Positions 25,801 to 37,442 of a stretch of DNA of 64,000 nt are shown here, in pieces. Under the pieces are notes generated by a model. It did no database searches. It was not told where the DNA came from and saw nothing but the letters and a program-made list of their open reading frames with translations. Each line of letters opens with the position of its first letter. Position 1 is the first letter of the stretch. The stretch covers positions 10,106,001-10,170,000 of the forward strand of contig OZ004610.1 of assembly GCA_963924565.1 (NCBI GenBank), in the 5' to 3' direction. Position numbers and translations under genes: made by a program. This DNA is from Ascidiella aspersa. Its lineage: Eukaryota.

Positions 25801-27973
25801 TCACATCGAAGTTGTCGCATTGAAACTGCCCAGTGGCGTACTGCATGCATTGTTCCCAAATCCCGTTCCAGGCCCAAATCGCGTTCAGCAAAGATGTACT
25901 ATGGGGCCCTGATATGGCCCACTGGTTCCAAATACAGGTCAAAGTTGCACTCGCTAACGCAAGTGTTCCAAAAATAAAACAACTTATTTGACATAACATG
26001 GTTTTGCCTGTATAATAAAACTATCTCAACTGTGAAATTCATCCAAAGTAACAAAATTAAAAATTGAAAAACATCTTTGCACTTTAGGGCCTTTTTGTTT
26101 GGTAGAATGATCAATCGCGTAAATATTTCGTTAGTTTTGATTTAGTTAGTATGTAAAAAGGGGTTAATATTCGTTTTTTTATTGGTTAAGTCAAACTTAA
26201 CTAATAGTTTAGATATTTTCGACTTATGATTATGATTAGAGTATTATTTTTCCATAAATGTTCAACTATATAACAACATATAAATTGCATCGAAAATCCA
26301 TTGATGTCATTAAAGTAAAAAAGCGTTCTTTATCCAAACTTAATAAATATTTTAGAAGTCAACTTAAAGCAGTTAAAACTTGCCAATTTTATATGATCTT
26401 TACCGAAAGCTCATTTCTAATGCTTTGAGCAAGCTCTTAAATAGTTAACACACCCTTCCTACAAAAACTAAAACAGCGGCTTGATGTTGCGTTGTACTTC
26501 ATAAGATAACAGTGGTCTTCATCACGAGGGACAACCCGTGATGCCATACGCGGCTTAAGTGACGGTCATTCACCTACTTGCGGTGGGGATCAGACATCAA
26601 GGATGTGTTGCATATTTGCCTGACACACATGTAAAATAAGAAGCGTTGCTGTTTTTATCACGTAGCTAACTGTCGCATTTTTCAGTGAATGTCCACCATT
26701 CGTTCCACCAATCATAACCCGATACAACGTCAATCTTAACGCAGTGGTCGGGTAATTTATATTACTTTAATCCAGATTAGTTATCGAATGACCTGGTTTT
26801 CTGACAGCACGATGTCTGATAGGTCCACTTCAACCGATGTTTATTGTTTACCTTGATAAAATTTCCTATACTTTTCAGTTAGGTGTGTCTACCGTCTGGC
26901 GAGTGTAAGACTATACGGAATATACGGAAGCAAGCGACACGTCCTGGGCAAAAAATGACGCGTCATCAAACAGCGTATGTTTACCGATGCTTTTTTTGCG
27001 CCAATAAGCGCACCTGCATACTGATTTATAAATGGTAGGCTTTGTATCCCAGCTCGGTTATCTCGCAGTTGCAATACATGAAATCACGTCGAAAGCAATA
27101 CACATGAAAGCACGTTGTTTATAAATTCTGAATAATATCCTTCGAAAAGTAAATCGATTTCTGTTTTTTTTATACCGGTATTCAAAACAATGAAAAAAGC
27201 AATACAACCAAAGATCTTTAAACTGTTGAATAAAAATATACAAGACATTTCGTGTTTCATGAGAAATTGTTTCAGCATCCTATATAATTTTTGTGGAGTG
27301 ATGCAACCTTGGATCACATTTTATTAGCGGTGAGATATTCCTTGTATGAGATTTCATAGCGAATCACTGTTAGTGTGGCTTAATTATGTTTTGCGATCAA
27401 ATGGGATTTACCAAAGTTAAATTAACACGCTTTCCTTCTCAGTGTCTTATTATCACTGAAATCAGATGCCTGATTCTCACCTGTATTTTTGTAAATAGTC
27501 TAAATATTGATCTGGTTTAAAAGAGAGAAAAAAATAAGTCATATTTTACATTTTAAGGTCTGTAAAATCATTAAATATAAGTATTTTTAGCTATGTTCGA
27601 CTTATGTATAATTTTCCAATTTTCAACTTAAACAAATTCACAGATTTCGTTCAAACAGCATGCGCATATTGCTTATATACGAAAACAACCTTCCGAGTTA
27701 AAGGTGAAAAGTTTTAGCGTCTTAAGGGTACGAATTTGCAATCGTTTACTTACTAGGAAGGTTAATCCACATCATAGCGAAATTGTCGCACTGAAACTGT
27801 CCCGTGGTGTACTGCAGGCATTGTTCCCAAATCCCGTTCCACGCCCAGATCGAGTTAAGGAGCGATGAGCTCTCAGGGGCATTGCTGACAGCCCATAGGT
27901 TCCAAAAGCAGGTAAAGGTCGTTCCAAATGTAGAAATGCATCCGACGATGAAGGTGCACATTTGACCGTACAT
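13556..27973 (-). CDS. CLDN: Claudin locus with four alternative first coding exons (V1-V4) and two shared constant exons
   Basis: V1 27973-27754, V2 25999-25783, V3 23786-23666 and V4 16553-16340 all end in phase-1 GT donors; each joins in frame to C1 16039-15875 and C2 13833-13556. Predicted proteins 220, 219, 187 and 218 aa. Confidence 0.8.
15131..15733. mobile_element. Foldback/MITE-like element in the claudin C1-C2 intron (ends approximate)
   Basis: Inverted ends ataagacc.aaa..aacaac / gttgtt...tttcggtcttat; internal ggggttaggttt motifs. Confidence 0.5.
15875..16039 (-). CDS. CLDN: Claudin constant exon C1 (TM2, intracellular loop, TM3)
   Basis: Acceptor ttgtttcag, donor G|gtaaat; YLNAIRGMMC...VGLQCSR...K....SGIMFFIGG. 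Confidence 0.92.
16340..16553 (-). CDS. CLDN: Claudin variable exon V4 (proximal; TM1+ECL1)
   Basis: W...WKGIWAEC...GQYFC signature; donor GAC G|gtaatt, phase 1. Confidence 0.92.
18412..20916 (+). CDS. INTU: Protein inturned (CPLANE/PCP effector; PDZ + longin domains), single coding exon, 834 aa
   Basis: PDZ (LVPGGLALRTGQIKVGDILIAIND), IRGMFVTLAD, LAELEA.DF, RRLYTIRGSCVFYDGYILATHLP, and C-terminal YWVIGR...EIYVCFH...VELAFK, all characteristic of Inturned. Confidence 0.95.
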   Translation: MALNMAQQPVSHFKHKPLNRKQESKMVKQRNVVEYQSSDESGDTYSDSEYSEFSDDLDPPWTEEPMRTGELFYIEDNQPTSDLPEGSYSANAQQDESNLTRAFYNVYVRIDASAYLRKPPTHLLASMLGIITLEGKIPSRQMHQKVVVDALVPGGLALRTGQIKVGDILIAINDVAVTTVNIEHFLRSFPQPSKVKLTLENSQNEFPLQNLSKMKATDQLINSSVQLLSPNKIAIKHKSSLSGPNGVFFLTLNIRSDTAGENDDVLYSFSPLESSALPSKLALIRGMFVTLADSIEDTFACAVKSSTLVVEEKLVHCVYHHVDTEVFVLCFPADDYSLPRAHHTMADTVRLLSVMYGSVLQAFQPENKQRLDHLFQFLLTLNASAANMFQSMSNTWKFPGIEFLSLPKDLHAHANFALAELEACDFDDGTSGRNYTRRLYTIRGSCVFYDGYILATHLPPEDLKDIALFSYNHSLLCESNKERIGLLLIWREVFPWSKRVAATKGDYLPANGRYFWMFVGLKHSLLCVLLQMNGNLFPDSHTPRPDPMYVSKARATLLNLDTQRFQEYVKKRLECPSHPCLVQSDHFLSQGTSGLGQLFKGAKPPSGMKPDRSQKFPFSSPLKSKKSVDGEPSPKLQVKSQKDIAIGEKTPPMSVRSLFREKSFSSQGSTESGKSTKANVASAYSLNDIRDVIEDVDMSEIQPYKQLTIGVENALFCYLSFDKLQGTLIVPTANDLQTINSALHREIVSNFKLHCMVLHQRFSCCRPDSDHCTEEGILFQCHRPTTQNNYKNKPPFLQYWVIGRCVQKPVQKEIYVCFHNSASQNMVELAFKMM
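21914..22676. mobile_element. Foldback element with ~120-bp TIRs and a telomere-like internal module
   Basis: 21914-22031 is the reverse complement of ~22560-22676; an extra tandem arm copy lies at ~22065-22172; inner inverted pair ~22212-22260 / ~22420-22472 carries ccctaaccc motifs. Confidence 0.85.
23666..23786 (-). CDS. CLDN: Claudin variable exon V3 (TM1 plus very short loop, no GIW-C-C signature)
   Basis: MYCQIASLILGFLSSLATGVSCIGNYFALENLVIDWINFP; homologous to V1/V2 at both ends; donor CCT G|gtaggt identical to the V2 donor, phase 1. Confidence 0.7.
25783..25999 (-). CDS. CLDN: Claudin variable exon V2 (TM1+ECL1)
   Basis: WNQW...WNGIWEQC...GQFQC signature; donor CCT G|gtaggt, phase 1. 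Confidence 0.9.
27754..27973 (-). CDS. CLDN: Claudin variable exon V1 (distal; TM1+ECL1)
   Basis: WNLW...WNGIWEQC...GQFQC signature; donor CCT A|gtaagt, phase 1. Confidence 0.9.
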
Positions 27974-29400
27974 TTTATGCAAGTGTTTGTATTACGGCAA
28001 CTATGCTAAAATTACGTGGACAATTTTTAACTATAACAATATTTTATGAATTAGATGTTTTTTGTTAAAATGTTTAATTGTAGTGCAAATTAATATCTAA
28101 TAAGTAATCTAAAAAACGGGGCTTTAGTCGGACCTGTTCGAACAAACTATGCACATCAAAAATTAAAATTAAAGACTGGTTTATCGATATTCCAGCCTCC
28201 GTTAACCTCTGAAGAAAACGTTAATTAAACAATGCTAATTTATTGTTCAGCAGCAAGTATTTCACTAATGCACGGTTGAATAAATTATCTGTTTTGAAAT
28301 ATGTTATGCAGTCATTTGTTCTAAACCTATTTTATAACTATTGTCATAACTTTTAATTTTTGTGCAACAAATATTGGCCACGAAAGTAAAAAGGTTGGGA
28401 ACCAAATCACAAAGGCATTTATTTCCCGATTTAGGCAAATGTTTTTGCGTTTTACCTATAGTGTGCATCTATACAACTTTAGGGTTAATGACTATTCCTA
28501 AATAAATGATTATTGTAAATGTATTTACTCGATTTTAGTTGAACATCTGTACACAAATTCGACAGAACAAATGTCATACATAATATGGGCTATATTAGGT
28601 AAAAGGAATCTCCCAAAGTTATCTCGTCTTGTAAGCATTCGTAAAGGGGGAGTTTCTCTTTAGCATTTCGTAACCTGGTTTGTTATCGAAAAAACATTTT
28701 TGACATTTGCTTTACATCAGCGTAAGATAAATTCCACGAAGAGTGTACAATAACATTGACTTCGAACTTTAGTGCTTGTTCGAAATCCTAAAATACGATA
28801 GCAGCTGCCTAACTATCCAAAATCTAAACAACAACTACAAATCAATTCATGTTTATGCCTTTAAGATTACCGCAGGAACCAAGTAAAATACGTTATTTAA
28901 GGAAGAGCCTTAACACGGGTTCAACAGTAATTACTAGCCTACTGACAGTACCAAGAAAATATTTTTTCATTAACCGAATTATTCTGAAGTTTTCCCTGAA
29001 CGCATTACTTTCCTGCTTTTTTAATCTTGTCTAGCAATTTTCTAAACAAAGATCTACACTAGTAACATCCCAGTTGAACCCGAGTTGTTAGAAATTTAAA
29101 ATTCTGCGTTATAAACACTGTGTGATGTGTTTTGTTACGTAATACAAGGCATAAATCAAAAAATCGAAAATTGATTGTCACAACAATCAACGGCAAGAGA
29201 CAAACAGTCCATGAGGCCACGCTTTCCACAAACTTCATTTTTTGTTAACTTATTTGAATATACATAATAACTTTTCTTTACTGATATAATCGTTTTTTTA
29301 TAATTTTAGTCATTTTTCAAGTAATCTATTCGTCTCAAAAAAAAAAAAAAAAATACATATACTGTGGAATGTTGCACGGTGTGACTCGTAAACTCTACAG

Positions 29401-30456
29401 CAGTGTTTCTCAACTTTTTATGGCTGGCGGCACCCCTTCAAAACAGCAAATAGATTGCAGCACTCCTAACATTTCTTCGTAGGTAATTATTCACTAGAAT
29501 GTCGCAATAAACCAGTGGTTCTTAAACTGGGGGACGCGCCCCCCTTTGGGGGCGTGGGAGGTTCACAAGGGGGGCGCGAGAAACTGACAAACTGTGAACT
29601 CGAAGTGATATTTGAGTGGACAAAATCGAGTTATCATACATTAGTTGTACCGTTAGAACATTCCTGTGGATTTTTAGGCAATAACATCAAGTGACATGTA
29701 AGCATTTTAAGGTGAGTATTTTCGTTTTGTTCAAATCCAATAAAACCTTTTTTCGTGGTGCGCGCGATTCTACTGTTTTTTAACTGCATATTTGCGCACT
29801 ATATTTTGTTTGAGAACAAAGTTTGCGCGTTACATTGGTTAATGGCTATATCAACTTCAGTATGCGGTTCGCCAGTTTTGCTTTGGGTTATATTATACTT
29901 TTGAATAGTGCAGGCGTGTTATAGACCAGTGGTTCTCAACTGCCGGTCCGCGTCAATGTTATAGACCAGTGGTTCTCAACCGCCGGTCCGCGTTATTTGC
30001 CGGTCCGCCAAATGTCTTACAATTTTATATCTCAATCACAAAATGTAAGTCGTTGAAGGCTGCTTGTCCATCAAATTTAGAACTTCGCCAGTTCTGTAAT
30101 TTGCAGCATTGCGACGTAACATACAGTTAATGGTCTAATTTGAACTTTATCGTACGTCACAATGCTACAAATGTTGTGCCCAACTGTTTAAAAGAGGGCT
30201 ACAACTCGTTTAAGTATTAAACTTTAAGAACAGTTGTACGTGAAAAAATTCAATTAAACCACGTAAAACATGTATGATATCAAAAACACAGCAGCAAATT
30301 GCTCATTACATTGAGGTTTTCGTTCTTTGCTTTTAAGTTATATACTTTTGTCGTAATTACATTTTGGCTTGATTTTAATTTTTAAAGGTCAACCGGTGCG
30401 CAAAATTTGTTTTGTTATTTTACCGGTCCATAAGCTAATAGGGTTGAGAACCACTG
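29401..30456. mobile_element. Cluster of nested/adjacent hAT MITEs
   Basis: Left termini at 29401, ~29513, 29927 and 29967; 29967-30456 is an inverted copy of 4060-4550; 40-bp tandem duplication of its left end. Confidence 0.8.
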
Positions 30457-33400
30457 TTGTATAACATGGATGACCAAGAGCCGTCTTTCTTAGGCAGCAC
30501 CACATGTGACACATGGGCAGAAATGAAACACCACCACACACCGCGTTTCTGCCTTGCAAACATACATACCTACGATCAGCTAGATTTATGTAATATTGCA
30601 AATTAAATCCAAAAACCCCTTAAAACTGTTGTGTTATCTCAAGCAGGAGATGATTATAATGAACTTTTAAGTTCTTTCAAACACTTCAAAAAAATTAGGC
30701 CAGATGGTTTTGGAAGCTTAATACAAAAGACAGTATAAGATAAACCGATTGACAAAGTAGGATAACGTTTTAGCACTTTAGGTCTGCAATATTGTTAAGA
30801 TTTTATTGTGAATTCATTAATAATTTGATTTCACATGTTTTGTAGATATCAATAAATTGCTGAAAAAGTTGAAACTATAGATTTTGCGATACTTTTTTTT
30901 TTGTTAACTGCTGCGATGCGAACTTAACCGGATAACTCGGGTGTTACTGTACTTCATTTAATAGTATCTGCTTACAAAAACTTATAGCAAACAGCAAAAA
31001 ACATTCGTATGGGTAGACGGCAAATCTTAATTAAAAAAAGTGTTTTTTAAACATTATTTTGCCAGCCCCACCGACGGGGATGACCTAGGTTTTTGTTTAG
31101 GGGGGAGCAATGAAAACTTTCAGCGATGGCATCAAAAAGCATGTTAAATCGCTTATAAAGAACGATTATTTTCCGGCAAACCAGTAGGCAAATAGGTAGG
31201 TGAAACATATAGGATAATGCAAAAAATTGCATTTATGGTTTAACTTCGGCAAACTTTCTATTCAAAATGATATACGTGGCGCATTATAGGCACATAAATG
31301 AAATTCGCATATTGCCTGAAATAGTCTAATACAGTTTTGCACTCCAAAATACCCAACAGCTATTAAAGGCTCGCCACTTTAAAAAAAAAGTTTTAAATCG
31401 GCATGGAAGAGATTCGAATTTTTCCCGAAATAACGGAATCTAATTTTACAGAAAAGTGGCAACTTATGCTCTCTATTTTGTAGAAACAATCTAAATTTTA
31501 TCAAAATAATGTATCACATTTATTTATCGTAAAAACAAGTGTTATTGGATTACGTATACGGTAAATATAATTCCACATACCGCACACACAAATGTAATAC
31601 AGTCATCCACTATAGTGACCGTATATCTTAAAAAATACACAAAAAGACGATTTTCAAATATTGGTCTGTCGAAAATAGCAGCAAAAAGGTAATTGGGTCA
31701 ACTCATTTTTCCTATTTGTTTTGTTACTTTCGACAAAATATAATACTTCTCACCTGCGGCCGTTATTACGTCTAGTAGTTGACTTTATTTTGTCAAACAA
31801 GGCTAAGACCGACACTGCTCGACTCGAAAATTTGTGCGATACAAAGGTTTCTCTTCGAAATGCCGCGAAAATCAACGGCCTTTTTCAATCTGAATCAAGC
31901 TTGCAATCACCGCGTAACACGCCCATAAACGTGTGACCTCCCGACATCCTCGGAGCGTAAAAGACCTCCATTCCACAAGCCAATATAATCCACGACGCTT
32001 GGCAACCGTTTACACACGGATCCTTGTTTGTAGAACGGGTTGTCAAAACTCTACGCGACACGCAGCATTGCCCTGCCTAAATTTACCTTCTCTGCCGCAA
32101 ACTCAATCATCGGTTAATGATCGCAAACCACGATGACGTGATCTTCTGTTAAAATCTAGTCGTCACAATTTTTATGACAGCTGTTCAATGCTTTACGGCA
32201 GTTTTGGTGTCGTTTTATGACGTAATACAAAGTTGCTACCTTGGCATTTTTGTCCGCAATATTTAAGGTTTATTTTAATGACGGAAAAATTTTGGTTACT
32301 TTAAGCACTAAAAAATTATAGTAATCTGATGCATGTTACATACAGGCCCGGGGGGTATTTTTTGCCAGCCTGCAGCATATAAAATTCACATAAAAGGTTG
32401 CCGAATTCTATTCTAAACTAAATTATGTTTAAATTTTTAACTGAACGTCAATTTTATAAAAGCTTAGTACAGTTTTTGTTAAATATAGTTAGTTATATCT
32501 CTTTGTTCAACGATAATAAAGTTAATAAAGTTTAACTCACTAAACTTTTCGTAAGCGAACAAAACATAAATGTTTACATCAGTAAACTCGAACTGATTTC
32601 GTATTGCCCCTGAAATTTTCTAAAAAAATACCTAGATCGAACGACAACCTATAGTTTTGGGTCGCGACCAATGGGTTTAAAAACGCTGCTCTAACTTATT
32701 CGAAAAGTAAAAATCGTTTTTAGTACACATGGGCTGTTTAAATTTATGGTAAAAGTCGTAACAGTTTTTTACCCAAACACGATTCTGACTTCTATTTTTT
32801 TAGGATTTGACACGCAACGCTGCCTTATCAAATTAAACAACCTAGGTCCGACATTGGGTAATTCGGTCATTAAGCAAATAAAGGCTTTGCAATTGGGCAA
32901 CGGTTATACGTTCTAATATACTTTTGATTGTGGTCGAAACGACTGTGCTGACCTGCCATTTCACATTTACCTATCACGCATGCAACTCGAGTTTGATTAA
33001 ACCAGCTTGGTCATTATGCGACAACCAAACAACACTACAAAATGAATCACCGTTTGTTTAACAACTTCCCTCAAAATACTTAATAACGACGCCGTAAGGT
33101 AAAAAGTGTGCAAACATAAACGCACGCCAAGCAACATGATATGGCTGTTTAAGCCCGTCGACGTCATATTTACTTTTGCGCCTATTCCATTCCGGTAGTT
33201 TAAGATTTCTCCGAAAAAACTTTTTCAGGCCTCATCTCTCCTAAACAGTTCAAACCACGCTTCTGGTAACTTTCAAGTGATTGCTATAAAAAAATGGGAA
33301 ATTCCTAATTTTATTTGACAGTTATAAAACCAGGACTTCATTGTGTACTGTACTGTGTTTTTGCAAGTGCGCAGTTTGTACAAGCAATCTGTGTATATGT

Positions 33401-34921
33401 TTGTGTTGTATTTTGTATCTTGGAAACGAGATTTGAACCGTTTGTCAACACATCAATATCTTGTAGCGGACGAAATTACACGAAACATGATGGGGACGCA
33501 AAGCGACTGTATAAACACCAGATTGATCGTTATATATTATATTTCAAACAAACAAACTATTGAGAGAATAAAGAACTTTAACTATATTTAACATTATCTA
33601 AGTTTTAATTGCCGTCAGGGTTTTTTTAAGGTTTGGTTTGGGTGACCGCCAAGTAGTTTTAAGAGACCGCAAGTGTTTCATTTAAATACCAAAAAGTTGC
33701 AAGTCCAAAATTTGGGAAACCGCTGGAGAAATTGGGGGAGCGTTTCGGTCCCCCAAAACACCTTAAAAAAAACACTGGCCGTGGTCAATTATTATGGATC
33801 CACAAGCCCTTCGAAAGCAAGTTTCAAATTTTATGTTGACAAACTTAAAAATATATTTAACAAACCTGGCCTGTAGTTTATTTGTGTATCGTATCAAGTC
33901 GTGCACAGATATGATTTACAAAAGCGCCTCCGACAAACAGCAGACTAAAGCTCGGAATGCAAATATTGGCCGTCTCGATGCAATAAAAATACAATATTTG
34001 CGTTAAACGTTTTCAAAGTCAAGCTACATTTAAAGGATTTATTGTTGCCGTAAAATTTTTCAATTTATTCAAATTGAATTATCCAATGAGTTTGGTTTGT
34101 TGGCCGGCCCTAGTTTATGTCGGTTAGGTTTTAACTAAAAGATCTCAACATGGACACTTTAGGGATGTCTGATACTGGCCATTATGTTCCGATAGCGAGA
34201 CCCGATATTTTGACACAAAGTATCGCGGGCCGATCCAATACCAAATGCTGCCATTACTATATCTTCAAACAATAAAAATAGACAAAAATTAAATGTTAAA
34301 AGGTCATTTTTGAATTTATTAGGCTAAATTAGCGCTAAGACTATAATTATCTCCAATTTCATCCCTTATGTTAAGTCATATTTTGGTACCCCAAACAAAA
34401 TCAATTTCAGCATAGCTTATCAATATAAGTGGAACCTCTAGGATAGGATACGTTAGAGTTTTAACGTTATATAGCAATTTATTAATAAATAATTTTTAAT
34501 TGATTTGATAGATAGTGATTTTACTATTGTTTGAAATTCTGCTCAAAATTTGCAAACTAGGATTATGACAAAACCGGTAGTAATTTATCGTCTGGTAAAG
34601 ATTGCACGTGGCTTTTTTATGATCTGTAACGCTAAATAAATAAACGTCCTAAATCGTATTATAGCATACAATAAGCCGTTTGATTGATGTTTAACGTTTG
34701 GACGCAAAGAGTGCAAGGTAAATTTAGCCTATAAAGTATTTTTAACGCCTATTAAAATGCATTTTAACCACCCTCTAAAACTCAAACCGCTATAGTCCAA
34801 CATTCAACGAAAATTTGTAAAACGATAGGCCCGTGTGGTAGCAGTAATTGTTCTACTTGCGTGATGCGATTTTTTGGTACAAATTGTTCTCGAGGCACTA
34901 TAACGCAAACAGCCTCTAACT

Positions 34922-35259
34922 CAGGGGTTCTTAAACTTTTTTTACCGCGGAACCCTAAAATTTTCGTTCATTTCGCGTGGACCACTTTTAGGCAAATTTA
35001 AAAAAAAATAACGTCATAAATTGACGCCGCAGTACAAGTAGACTTCATAAATTTGCTGATTTTGGTCCAAAAATGTGAAAGTGAAATGGAATCTAAATAC
35101 ATTCGGTGCAAATCCGTTTCATTTTTAATTAGATTGTTTTCTTTAGTAAATTAATTACTTCTTAAATATACACTAATATTTCAATAAGACCTTCATGGAC
35201 CCCCTAAAAGTAGTTCACGGACCCCCAAGGGGCCATGGACCCCAGTTTAAGAACCCCTG
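34922..35259. mobile_element. hAT MITE with perfect 8-bp TSD
   Basis: TIRs caggggttcttaaact / agtttaagaacccctg; CTCTAACT on both sides. Confidence 0.92.
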
Positions 35260-37442
35260 CTCTAACTCATATCGTCATTAAAGCTGTATAGTTTAAGATG
35301 ACCAAAATTTTATTTTCGATGGTGCGATGAGACACACGGCGCAATTGAGTAAACCGAAATCAACAAAACGGGATAAGACACAATTAGTTTCGGACACCTC
35401 TTCAAGTATGTTTCAACCGTAGCCGTAGCCGTAAGTCAAATTGGTGTTTATACGCAGTTTAATATTTGGTAAAAAAAACAAAAAAATATATAATCTTGCT
35501 TGTTTAGGTTTTTCCATTATTTAACTTACGAAATAAAAATAAATAAACATACTACCGGTTGAACGTTTCTGTCTAAAATTGACTAAAATAGAACGCAATC
35601 CACTAAAACTCTTTTCCAAAGCGGAAACAAAATGATTAAAACGTATTAAACATGGTCGTGTGTGACGTAACAAAGAATAGCATTGCACGCAACAGAAACG
35701 GTTATGGTAACGTCCTTTAAATAAAGCTATTTGCTCAACAGAACAAAAAATTGAGCTAATTTTAGTAGTTAAATTTATCGTGTGAATGCATTGGCGATAT
35801 ATTATTACAGCACCGTCAAATCCCGGACATATAAGCAGATTTTGCCATTTCTCCCTTACGCAGATTTCAACACTAAATTCCCTGACATGTCACCGAAAAT
35901 CCTGACGTATGACAACCCTATTATATGCCCTAATCCTCTAAGTCTAATATAAGTTGTGACGTCATGCTGAGGGAAACGGTCTTTTTAAGTTTCGGGTTCT
36001 TTCAATAGATATTCGTTTAAGTTCCGGTACGGCTGTTTTAAATCTACAAAAAAAGGCTTAGGTTCGATTACGGTTTGGTAAACTGAAAATTTTAGCATTA
36101 AACCGGTTTATAAAGAACTTGTCGTGGCTCGGTTCATCCCCTGGTTTTTACTAACTCATCCCTGTGAAAAACACAAAATAAAATGCTTCGAAATATAGCA
36201 CGCTACAAGCGACTAGCATACTTATTGCTCATTAACAATAATCAGGACCTCCTCTCTAAGGCGTGCTAATGCGCAGAACCCTCAACTCATTTACTCAGTG
36301 AAATTCTATTTCGCTCACTTGCAGACGTAATTTTAAAGCTCACTAAAAGTTTAAATTTCCAAGGGAACACTGGTATACGTTTTGACAAAATTTATAAACA
36401 GCAAAATAAGGAATGCTTTATGAAATCATTTCCTACATACAGTCAATTGCTAAGTTCATAGAGATCTTCGATGTGCTGTGATCGATATTATATGTGCTTC
36501 CACTGATGTTGTTATTCGTCACACAAGAGCGATTATTATTATTCTCCCAGCTTAATTCGTTCGTAAGCAGAAAACCAGAAAAAGTCGTATTTATTGTCTT
36601 ATTGCAAACCCTGCAACTAAAAATATGCTGACGATAAACGGATACACTGTACAAAAATTAAGCAAATTTGTAAGACTATTTTCAAGTTGTTGTTTACTAA
36701 CAGCAACGGTAACGGTAACGCTCACAGAATGTAATTGATATGAACGATGTGGTAAAAGGCGATGGTCTCAAATCCTACCACAGCGTTCAAACAATTTTTA
36801 AATCTTTTTGGGAAATTGGGTTAGGGTGCAGGAAGAATAAATATATTGATAATACAAGACCCAGCCCAAACCAACTTACAGTCCTTACTCAGATCCAGGT
36901 TGGAAACTAAGGTCTGCTGATCAAAATCCTTTCCATAAAATACATTCAGCTCCGGAAAGTCACTTATTTGTTTCATTTCATTTGTTTAGAGTACAAACAC
37001 AACATTTTGATTGTGCAAGTTACATAAAATAATATTTGGGTCTCAGGATGAGACTGAAAGTTTTTAAACTTAAAAAGACAAGAATCCCAACATTAATTTG
37101 TTCTTTCACAAAAAATGAAATTAAAAGTTCAGTTAATTCTAAATAAACTAAGTTGTATAACTGTTTATTTATGGCATTTCTTTGGTTGACTCGTTTAAAT
37201 AAACACATTTTTTTTATTTTTAGTGAAAATTTTATTTATCTTGTGTAAAGATGTTTTTACATTTAAATAATAATCTATAACAAATTGATATTACAATTTC
37301 TTGCCACTTGGTTTTGTTTTAAGCTAGGCACATGATAGGCAAAATTTATAGCATCCGTTCCTTGGCCTATTTAAATGTAAAATAATTTAATTAAGCCAGA
37401 TAATGTCTGGCTAATGTGCTTTGAAACTGTTCATTAAAGAGT

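Noticed and set aside
26540-26632. Possible fifth claudin variable exon (MCVRQIC...)
   Set aside because: No TM1 or ECL1 motif and an early stop.
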